64,000 bases of DNA from an uncultured Acidobacteriota bacterium (lineage in GTDB: Bacteria; Acidobacteriota; JAQAZP01), in assembly GCA_963836075.1 (NCBI GenBank), contig CAWIIB010000001.1, forward strand, positions 992,001-1,056,000, written 5' to 3'. The position numbers and the translations under genes were made by a program. The notes beneath the pieces are model-generated. The model was not told where the DNA came from and made no database searches. It worked only from the letters and a program-made list of their open reading frames with translations. Shown piece by piece: positions 37,986 to 45,980 of this stretch; positions within the stretch are counted from its first letter, which is position 1, and each line of letters starts with the position of its first letter.

Positions 37986-39137
37986 GTGGTCTGTTCTTCC
38001 TCTTCGGGCCGGGTGGCGTCGAGCGCCAGTTGCCTGACCAACGGTTCCTGCTCCTCAAAACGGCCCACCGTCAGCCGGAAGCAGGAGATATCGCCAATAT
38101 GCTCGATGAGCTCCTTCATCCGCATAACGGACCCGGTATCCCTGCCCCGCCCGGATGAATCGACCCGTTGTTTTATTCCGGGCAGCAGGCCGAATGCCGC
38201 CTGGTGGACTGGTATGCTCTCCAGCGCCGGTGAACGTGAGAAATCGGGCCGGGCCGTCTCACCCCTGAACACGTTGAGCAGATGGTCCCGGTGTTCCTCC
38301 AGCAGGTCCGCAAGACGGACTGCCAGCCCTTGCCCCAGCGGGTAGTCCAGCCGGAATTCGGCCACATCGGTGAGCGGTCTGGTCACTTCGATTCCGGGGT
38401 GCAGTCGGACCAGGGCATCGAGCAGCGGCTCCCAGCCCGGCTCCCGGGCCCCGATCACCAGCCGGCCCATGGCCCTGGCTTGCGGCCCCGGATCGAGGAT
38501 GAGCAGCAGGGCCGGCGCTGCCGTTGCACCGCCTGTCGTTTCACCAGCAATGGCCGGCAGAGGGATCTTTCCACCCCTCAGCGCCACGCCATCGCTTACC
38601 GACTCCGCCGGCCCTTCTTCAGGAACCACCCAGAGACTGCGCGGAAAGGGGTGAACCCGGCCGGTCCGGCGGTGGACCGGACATATTTCATCGGAATAGA
38701 GGGTGAACCCCGCTTCGGCCAGGGCCAGGGCCATGGTGGTCTTTCCCGTGCCCGGCGGCCCGGCCAGGATCACCGCCCGGCCATGGCGCACCGCCACTGC
38801 CGCGTGGAGCAGCAGGTGATGGTTCAGGCTGTCAAAAAGTGTCTGGGTGACCCACTGCCAGGCATGGTGGACCGGGGTGGGATGTCCGTCGAGGGACTGT
38901 TCCCCGTGACGGTCAGCGCCGCCCGCGGTGCGCGGCGGCCCGGGAGAAGCTGACCCCCGGCCCCTCCGGCCCGTTGAAGCAAGCGCTGATCCGCAGGTCG
39001 GCGTCAACCCCGGACACAGTGGTGCGGAACGACCCGTAATCCCGGTCAAACAGTTCCAGCAGCTGTTCCGAATCGCTGGACAGGTCCAGGTCCGTTCCGA
39101 GAATGCAGTAGCGTGCCTGGTGCCGGTCCCGGATCAC
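37982..39137 (-). CDS. HprK-related P-loop kinase; frameshift near 38900-38960
   Basis: LLHAAVAVRHGRAVILAGPPGTGKTT...YSDE..V..PFPR. The plausible N-terminus starts at GTG 39137, overlapping the rSAM stop (GTGA), in a different frame that ends at 38913. Confidence 0.75.
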
Positions 39138-40534
39138 GACGCCCCCTTTTCCGCAGCGGCGCCGCGAGCGCTCTCCCGATGCAAAATACCGTCGAACGCT
39201 TCCCGGTAGGCCTCCTGGCGGTAAGGACAGAAGTCGTCCCGCTCCCAGATGCTCCCCCGATGGTCCAGAGCCTGGCCCATACAGCCGGCCTGGCACAGGT
39301 TCCGCCAGTGACAGGCGGCGCACTCGGCGATCTCCCGCCGCCGCCGGCTCAGAGCCGAGCAGGCCCCGGCCATGGCGGGGTGCTCCAGGCTGGCGCGGAG
39401 GCCGTCACGCAAAACGTTTCCCAGACGAAATTCATCGCGCATCAACAGGACGCAGGGATAGGCCGAGCCGTCCACGTCGGCCACCAGGGTCCGGCCCACG
39501 GAACACCAGATGCCATCCGGGGCGATGGCCGGGGGGACTTCCAGCAGGAATCCGCTCAGACCGCAGTTGACGCTCACCGCGCAGCCGCCGCCGCGCTGCG
39601 CCGCGGCCACCTGATGGTAGAACGCCTCTTGATCCTCCACCGTCACCCCGGCGCCGATGCTGGCCCAGTTGCCTGCCGCCCGGCCCCGGCGCCCCAGGGG
39701 CAGGAAGCGGACCTGGGGCACCCCCCGATCCTCGGCCAGCCTGATGATCGCCGACAGCTGGTGCACATTCTGCTTCATGATGGTGGTGGAGAGATTGAGC
39801 TGCTCCCCCAGGCCGGCCCGCTGCAGGAGTTCCACGGCGTGCAAAGCGGCGGCGAAACTCCCCGCAGCCCTGATCCGGTCATGGGTCGCCTCGTCGGCCC
39901 CGTCCAGGCTGACCTGGACCAGCGCACCGCTCTCGGCCAGGAAGGCAGCCCACCGGTCATCGATGAGCGAACCGTTGGTCAGCAGTCGGACGCGCATGCT
40001 CCCCGCGGCATGACTGATCAAATCCTTCACCCGGGGGTGCAGCAGGGGCTCGCCGCCGCTAATGGTCACGCTCCGCGCTCCCCCGGCGGCCGCCTCGTCG
40101 ATCAGCCGGCAAGCCGCCTCGAGGGGCATGTCCAGGGTTTCCCGGTCAGCGGCGTGGTAGCAGTGGACACAGGCATAGTTGCAGCGGTGGGTGATGTGCA
40201 GAAAAAGCGATTCCGCCAGCGGGACACGCCGCGGCGGGTCGAGGGCTGGGGAATCGAGAAAGCCGCGGTGGCGGAGCTCGTCGGCCACCCGGTCCACATC
40301 GCGCCGGGCCTCGTCTCCGCCGAGGCCGTAACGCCCGGCCAGCGCGGCGGCCGCGCCCTCGCGGTCCGCTCCGGCGCCGAGAATCCCGGCAATTTCGCGG
40401 GTGGTGGCGTTTACCACCAGCCAGCGGGGATCACAGCGGTGGAGCATGACCAACCGATCCCGGGAGCCTTCGGGCAAAGGGGTGTCGGGGTAAAAAAACC
40501 AGGAAGGTTCCGGTGCTGGGGAATGTCTGTCCAA
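39134..40534 (-). CDS. RRE(PqqD)-fused radical SAM/SPASM maturase
   Basis: N-terminal PqqD-like VVNATTREI...LAGRYGL..DEARRDV..L..RGFL; CNYACVHC; SGGEPLL; SPASM CSVG...GSAYPC...CAACHWRNLCQAGC...C. Confidence 0.92.
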   Translation of the reverse strand: MDRHSPAPEPSWFFYPDTPLPEGSRDRLVMLHRCDPRWLVVNATTREIAGILGAGADREGAAAALAGRYGLGGDEARRDVDRVADELRHRGFLDSPALDPPRRVPLAESLFLHITHRCNYACVHCYHAADRETLDMPLEAACRLIDEAAAGGARSVTISGGEPLLHPRVKDLISHAAGSMRVRLLTNGSLIDDRWAAFLAESGALVQVSLDGADEATHDRIRAAGSFAAALHAVELLQRAGLGEQLNLSTTIMKQNVHQLSAIIRLAEDRGVPQVRFLPLGRRGRAAGNWASIGAGVTVEDQEAFYHQVAAAQRGGGCAVSVNCGLSGFLLEVPPAIAPDGIWCSVGRTLVADVDGSAYPCVLLMRDEFRLGNVLRDGLRASLEHPAMAGACSALSRRRREIAECAACHWRNLCQAGCMGQALDHRGSIWERDDFCPYRQEAYREAFDGILHRESARGAAAEKGAS

Positions 40535-40584
40535 GAGCGATATATCCTGCCCGGGAATTCCATGGACCGCCCCGGCACCACGCC

Positions 40585-40755
40585 CTAGAAGATGGCGCAG
40601 GGTGCGGGGCTGCAGGCATGCGCGGGCCCGGCCTGCTCCAGGATTTCCACGCTGCTGTAACTGGTGATTACCGGTGATTCGTAGCGGATCCGAATTCCGG
40701 AATTTTTCCGGTCGCAGCGGTCCGGCTTCCGCGGTTCAGTTCTCTCCTCAATCAT
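40585..40755 (-). CDS. Putative RiPP precursor peptide (56 aa)
   Basis: MIEERTEPRKPDRCDRKNSGIRIRYESPVITSYSSVEILEQAGPAHACSPAPCAIF; GGGAG RBS; YxxPxI motif; first gene after the promoter and directly upstream of the RRE-rSAM. Confidence 0.8.
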   Translation of the reverse strand: MIEERTEPRKPDRCDRKNSGIRIRYESPVITSYSSVEILEQAGPAHACSPAPCAIF

Positions 40756-40839
40756 CTCCCTCTCCCGGTTACGGCCCCAGGCAGGTGTTGAACCCCTCTC
40801 CACAACATATCTTTTCGGCAGTAATGCGTTTTGACTGAA

Positions 40840-40868
40840 AATTTAACAACAACCCTCCGGGCTGTCAA
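40840..40868 (-). promoter_or_regulatory. sigma70 promoter of the RiPP cassette
   Basis: TTGACA-N17-TAAATT with TGn extension, just downstream of the mdh terminator. Confidence 0.75.
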
Positions 40869-40885
40869 CAACAGCCTGACTCGAC

Positions 40886-40914
40886 AAAAAAACCCCCGCC
40901 AGGCGGCGGGGGTT
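40886..40914 (-). terminator. Intrinsic terminator of mdh
   Basis: AACCCCCGCC..GGCGGGGGTT stem with U7 on the minus strand. Confidence 0.85.
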
Positions 40915-40946
40915 CTTATATTCGACCGGTTGCTGCGAGCGGACGG

Positions 40947-41909
40947 CTACTTGCCCATCGCATCGACTTCGCCACAGGTCTTCTTCACGGCGTTGATCGA
41001 GTGCTTCAGGGCCTTCTTCTCTTCCGGGGTCAGCTTGATCTTGATGATCTTCTCCACGCCGTCCTTGCCGAGGATGGCGGGAACGCCGACAAAGAGCCCC
41101 TTGACGCCGTATTCGCCTTCGAGCAGCGCGCAGACCGGGACGATCTTCTTCTTGTCATACATGATCGCCTCGACCATCTCCAGCGCCGACCAGGCCGGGC
41201 TGACAAAGGCCGAACCGGAGCCGAGCAGGCCGACCACCTCGCCGCCGGCCTTGCGGGTCCGGGCTTCGATGGCCTCGAGCTTCTTGGGGCTGACAAACTG
41301 TTCCACCGGCAGGCCGTAGACCCGGCAGGCGCTGCGGATCGGCACCATGGTGTCGCCATGACCGCCAAGCACCACCGCCTCGATGTTTTCCACCGAGACG
41401 CCGGCTGCTTCGGCTACGAAATACTTGTAGCGGCCCGAGTCGAGCACACCGGCCATACCGATGATCTTGTTCTTCGGACAATTCAGCTTCTTGAACAGGC
41501 GGTAGACGATGGCGTCCAGCGGGTTGGCCACGGAGATGACGAAGGCGTTGGGGCAGTACTTCTTGATCCCCGCGGCCACCTTGTCGGTGATCCCCAGGTT
41601 GATCGCCAGCAGCTCTTCGCGGCTGGGGAAGGTGCCGTCGGGCCGCACGGTGCGCGGCACGCCAGCGGTGTTGATCACGAAGTCGGACCCCTCGAGAACC
41701 TCGAAGGTCTGGCTCGCCTGGAAGTTGACGTCACGGCTGATGGTCGGCATCCCCTCGGCGATGTCGAGGCACTTGCCCTTTGCCAGGTTGGGGGGCTTGG
41801 GATCCACCAGGCCAACGTTGCGCGCGAGACCGCGCGAGACGATTTCCGATACCAGGACGCCGCCGATCTGGCCGCCGCCCACGAGTCCGATCTTGTTGAC
41901 CATCGACAT
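40947..41909 (-). CDS. mdh: Malate dehydrogenase (LDH-like)
   Basis: IGLVGGGQIG, TAGVPR...SREELL, NPLD, GMAGVLDSGR, LGGHGD, GGEVVGLL. Confidence 0.93.
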   Translation of the reverse strand: MSMVNKIGLVGGGQIGGVLVSEIVSRGLARNVGLVDPKPPNLAKGKCLDIAEGMPTISRDVNFQASQTFEVLEGSDFVINTAGVPRTVRPDGTFPSREELLAINLGITDKVAAGIKKYCPNAFVISVANPLDAIVYRLFKKLNCPKNKIIGMAGVLDSGRYKYFVAEAAGVSVENIEAVVLGGHGDTMVPIRSACRVYGLPVEQFVSPKKLEAIEARTRKAGGEVVGLLGSGSAFVSPAWSALEMVEAIMYDKKKIVPVCALLEGEYGVKGLFVGVPAILGKDGVEKIIKIKLTPEEKKALKHSINAVKKTCGEVDAMGK

Positions 41910-42169
41910 TCTCCTTGCTTAGAAAAATACCTTTTGCTCGGGTCCACAACAGGCGGGCAACCACTGTTGCCGCCAGTCTCTCCAAAAATATTCGCCGATA
42001 TTACCACCATGGGACAGGATAGGCCAGTGGAATTCACCGCCGTTGTCCCAATCCGTGAATATTTCTTCATGGCCGGGTGCCGCGGTCCGGTTGACCGGCG
42101 CTGAAGACCATGTTTCAATGAGAAAAATGCTCTTTTCTCACAACCTGGAGGCCTGAATCGCCGCCGGGA

Positions 42170-42589
42170 TCAGTTCCCCAGGTCGACGATGATCCGGTCC
42201 TGGTCCAGCCAGGCGGGCCAGGTCTGCAGCGGCAGGGTGGCCGGACCGTTCAGCACTTTTCCGTCGAGGTCGAAGAAAGACCCGTGGCAGGGGCACTCGA
42301 ACCGCGTGACCGCCCTGCGGTAGGCCACGGTGCACTTCTCGTGGCTGCAGATGGGGCTGACCGCGCTGACCCCATCTTCCGCATGGCGGGCCAGCAGCAC
42401 CTCCCGGCCCTTGAGCCGGATGGTGATCGACCCGCCCACCCGCTTGAGCCGCTTGACCCGGTCCAGCGGGATGGCCACCTTGCCCGCCCGGGCCGCGCGG
42501 CCCGGCCAGACAAAGAGCATCGCCGCCAGCAACGGCAGCAGCCGCTTGAAGAACCCCCGTCGGGAAAATGGAGACCGGCTGTGGTTCAT
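42170..42589 (-). CDS. Tat-exported Rieske [2Fe-2S] protein
   Basis: SRRGFFK Tat motif; CSHEKC and CPCHGSFF boxes; GPATLPL. Confidence 0.9.
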   Translation of the reverse strand: MNHSRSPFSRRGFFKRLLPLLAAMLFVWPGRAARAGKVAIPLDRVKRLKRVGGSITIRLKGREVLLARHAEDGVSAVSPICSHEKCTVAYRRAVTRFECPCHGSFFDLDGKVLNGPATLPLQTWPAWLDQDRIIVDLGN

Positions 42590-42611
42590 CTGCTCAGGCC
42601 GCCGCCTCCGT

Positions 42612-43553
42612 TCATTCGCCCTGTCGCCGGAACCGGAACTCCCGGGTGATGGTGAACCCGAGGATCAGGTCACCGTAATCACGGAAGGTGTTGGTGGCGA
42701 TGCCGGTGGCTCCGAAATACTGGGTATTGGAAATCACCAGGGAAAAGGTGTGCTTGTTGGTGGTGGCCCGGAGAGAGGTGGAGAGCACAGGGTAGCGCTC
42801 ACTGAATCCGCCGACGTTGGCCACAACTTCCGTGTGCCAGGAGAAGCCGGGGGTGAAGCGGATGTCCAGTGTTCCGGGAACGGCCATGGAATAATCCGGG
42901 TCGCCGCGATCCCGGCCCTCATTCCAGGAATCGGAGTGGTAGAGCAGGCCGGTGCCCACCCTGACCCGCCGGCCAAAGGTGCGGTTGATCGCCAGCTGGC
43001 CGAAGAACCCCTGCTTGTCATCGGCCTCCCTTTTGGAGAACCAGGTCATCCCACCGCGAATCGAAACATCGAGAAAGTGCTTCTCCTGTTTCAGCGGCTG
43101 GTATTTGAGATCGAGGTCATAGGTATCGGTCTTGAACTGGTCCTGCGTGCCGTTGATCCGCTGCAGGCCCACGTCCAGGCCATCGAGGATGCCGTAGCGG
43201 GCGGCAAGGCCGATTTTCAGCAGCCCGCTGTCAAAACCGAAGAAGTCGTGAAAGGTATCCCTGGTGAAGGTCTTCCAGGCCCGGTGGTCCAGGACGAAGA
43301 TCAGCGAGCCCCGCCGCGCGGTTCGGGCCAGCAGCACGTTGATCGTCCTCTCGTCCCGCGCCTTGCCTTCATCGTCCCAGGTGGAGAGGCCGTCCACCTC
43401 CTCGATGAAATCGATTTCCTCGATCTCGTCCACGGCCTCTTCGGCAGCACCCTGTTCGTCAGTTCCCACAGCGGCGAACCCGGCACCGCCAGACAGCAGC
43501 ACCGTGAGCCCCAGCAACAGCATAAACAAGCAGTCTGTCCGGAGTTTTCTCAT
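42612..43553 (-). CDS. Outer-membrane beta-barrel (DUF5777-like)
   Basis: Signal peptide; R.IN....T...G.L.F..DHR, DFFGFDSG, HTFSLVISN, LGFTITREF. Confidence 0.7.
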   Translation of the reverse strand: MRKLRTDCLFMLLLGLTVLLSGGAGFAAVGTDEQGAAEEAVDEIEEIDFIEEVDGLSTWDDEGKARDERTINVLLARTARRGSLIFVLDHRAWKTFTRDTFHDFFGFDSGLLKIGLAARYGILDGLDVGLQRINGTQDQFKTDTYDLDLKYQPLKQEKHFLDVSIRGGMTWFSKREADDKQGFFGQLAINRTFGRRVRVGTGLLYHSDSWNEGRDRGDPDYSMAVPGTLDIRFTPGFSWHTEVVANVGGFSERYPVLSTSLRATTNKHTFSLVISNTQYFGATGIATNTFRDYGDLILGFTITREFRFRRQGE

Positions 43554-43695
43554 TTCTGTTCCTCCTCGGCAGCAGGCGGGACCGGAGATCAGCCCTGTAC
43601 ACCTAACGGGGCTCCGGAAATGTTCTTTCCCATACGAAGACCGTAAAGAACGGGCCGCTCCATGTCAAGCTGTCCGCCTCGGGAAAGATTCAGGT

Positions 43696-44298
43696 TCAGG
43701 GGGAATTGTCGGCCGCGGGGCGGAGCGGAACCGTCACCACCGAGGAATAGGCCACCGGTTGGCCGAGGCTCATCGCCGGGTGGAACGTGTAGTCCCCCAG
43801 GGCATCCAGGACCAGGCGGTCCACTTCCCCGTTGCCCGAGGAAGAGACCAGTTTGAGATCGGTGACCAGGCCGTCCTCACCCACCCGGACATAGACCCGC
43901 GGGCGTTCAAGTGGTTCCCCGCGCAGCAGGGCCGCCGGAATCACCGGCCGCTGCCCGCTGATCCGCCGCGGCGGCAGGATTCGCTGCCCGCTGCCGTCGA
44001 GGGACAGAATACCACCGGAGTCATCAGCCGCACCTTCCGGGGCCGGGCCGGCAACACCGGCTTCCGGCCGGTCCGCCGGCGCCGCCGGACCAGCGGCCGG
44101 GGCCCGCTGGTCCACAACGACGGCAGGGGCTGTTTCCAGAAGGGTGCCAGGGGAAATTTGACCGGCCTCATCCGCCCGTTGAAACCACTTGATCGAGAAA
44201 AAGGCGAGCAGGATGATCGCCACCCCGACATAGAGGATCGGCCTGGGGAGACGCTGTCTTCTGCGGTTCTTCAGGTGTTCAAACCGGAACTGGTTCAT
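43696..44298 (-). CDS. TonB C-terminal-domain membrane protein
   Basis: N-terminal TM helix, Pro/Ala linker, VGEDGLV..LVSSSGNGEVD...TFHPAM..GQPV. Confidence 0.8.
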   Translation of the reverse strand: MNQFRFEHLKNRRRQRLPRPILYVGVAIILLAFFSIKWFQRADEAGQISPGTLLETAPAVVVDQRAPAAGPAAPADRPEAGVAGPAPEGAADDSGGILSLDGSGQRILPPRRISGQRPVIPAALLRGEPLERPRVYVRVGEDGLVTDLKLVSSSGNGEVDRLVLDALGDYTFHPAMSLGQPVAYSSVVTVPLRPAADNSP

Positions 44299-44872
44299 CG
44301 GGGCGCCCGGCCAGCTCGTTTTTCAGGTACTGGGTCAGGATGTGGATCAGGATCAGGTGCGCCTCCTCGGAAAGGCCGTAGTTCTTCGGGCTGACCACCA
44401 GGGCCAGGTCGGCCAGACCGGCCAGCTTGCCGCCACCAAAACCGACCAGGCCGAGGGTGGCCGCCCCGTGTGACTTGGCGTACTCGATGCCGCGCAGCAC
44501 GTTGGGTGAATTGCCCGAAGCGCTGATCCCGATGGCCATATCCTGCGGCTCCACCAACCCCCGGAGCTGCTCTTCAAAGATCTCTTCGTAGCTGTAATCG
44601 TTACCCACTGCGGTGAGCACGGCGATGTTCTCGCTGAGGCTGATCGCCCGGAACCTCGGCTTGTCCGGGCTGGCCGTCCCTTTGGCCAGGTCCACGGCAA
44701 AATGCGAGGCGGTGACCGCACTGCCCCCGTTGCCAAAGATATAGATCCGGCCGCCGCGCCCCCGAGCCTCCTGCAGCATACCGGCCGCCTGGGCCACCTG
44801 GTCCCCGGAAATCTCGCCCAGCATCTCCCGCAGGCGCCCCACGTATTCCTCGCAATAGGTTTCTATTCCCAT
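44279..44872 (-). CDS. gmhA: Phosphoheptose isomerase (SIS domain)
   Basis: FGNGGSA..ASHF, TAVGNDY.Y..IF..Q, ISASGNSPN. Confidence 0.85.
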   Translation of the reverse strand: MGIETYCEEYVGRLREMLGEISGDQVAQAAGMLQEARGRGGRIYIFGNGGSAVTASHFAVDLAKGTASPDKPRFRAISLSENIAVLTAVGNDYSYEEIFEEQLRGLVEPQDMAIGISASGNSPNVLRGIEYAKSHGAATLGLVGFGGGKLAGLADLALVVSPKNYGLSEEAHLILIHILTQYLKNELAGRPDEPVPV

Positions 44873-45050
44873 GGCTCCTCTCAACTTGGTTTACACCGGG
44901 GGACCGTGAACCGTCCCCGGACACTGATCCTTTAACCGTTGAAGTATACCCGCTGGAACGGAACACCGTCTACGGTTTCTTCTTGTTCCGCCGGTTAAAA
45001 GAAGATATATTTCCCGGGATGAAACTCCTTTGTCTAACTCGGAGCGAATA

Positions 45051-45954
45051 ATGCGTATTCTGATTTCCGGCTCCGGCGGACTGGTGGGCCGCACCCTCTG
45101 CCGGGGCCTGACCGCCGCCCGGCACCAGATCACCCCCCTGGTTCGGCGGCGGCCCGGGTACACGCCTCCGGCGGAGTCGGTCTGGTGGAATCCCGTGGAC
45201 GGGGAACTGGACCTGGCGGGCCTGGAGGGTCACCAGGCGGTAATCCACCTGGCCGGTGAAAACATCGCCTCGGGCCGCTGGACCGCGGCCCGCAAAAAGA
45301 GGATACGGGAAAGCAGGGTCAGGGGACCGGCCTGCTGGCTGGTGCCCTGGCCCGGCTGGACAGCCCGCCGCACACGCTGATCTCGGCATCGGCCGTGGGA
45401 TATTACGGGAACCGGCCCCCGGAAGATATTCTGACGAGGGGTCACCACCGGGAGCGGGATTCCTCGCCGGGGTCTGCCGGGAGTGGGAAGCGGCGGCGGG
45501 GCCTGCCGCCGACGCCGGGATCAGGGTGGTCAACATCAGGTTCGGCGTGGTGCTCCACCCCGGCGACGGCGCCCTGGCCAGAATGCTGCCGGTGTTTCGC
45601 TGCGGTCTCGGCGGTCCGGTGGGCAACGGCCGGCAAATGATGAGCTGGGTCGCCGCCGACGAGCTGCCGCCGCTGATCTCCCACCTGCTGGAGGAACGGT
45701 CGCTGTCCGGGCCGGTGAACGCCGTGTCGCCCAACCCGGTTTCCAACAGAGCGTTCGGCCAGGCGCTGGGCCGGGTGCTCTCCCGCCCGGCGAAACTGCC
45801 GCTGCCGGCGGTGGCCGCCCGGCTGATGTTCGGCGAGATGGCGCAGGAACTGCTCCTCGGCGGGGCCGCAGTCCTGCCCCGGGCCCTGCTCGACTCCGGC
45901 TACCGCTTTGCCCACCCCGAACTGGAGCAGGCCCTGCGGGCCATGCTCGGCTGA
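45051..45954 (+). pseudogene. TIGR01777/YfcH-family epimerase-like SDR with two 1-nt frameshifts (pseudogene or sequencing error)
   Basis: MRILISGSGGLVG..HLAGENIASGRWT..ESRV (frame 1), LISASAVGYYG (frame 2), GFLAGVCREWE..RFGVVL..GPVNAVSP (frame 3). Breaks at about 45325 and 45433. Confidence 0.85.
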
Positions 45955-45980
45955 GCGCCGGGGGACGGGCAGACCCACCG

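Noticed and set aside
34742-40755. Lasso peptide cluster, or PQQ/mycofactocin locus
   Set aside because: No asparagine-synthetase-like cyclase or transglutaminase-like B2 protein, no ring-forming Asp/Glu in the core, no pqqBC or mft genes, and the peptide lacks the ExxxY and IDGxCGVY motifs.
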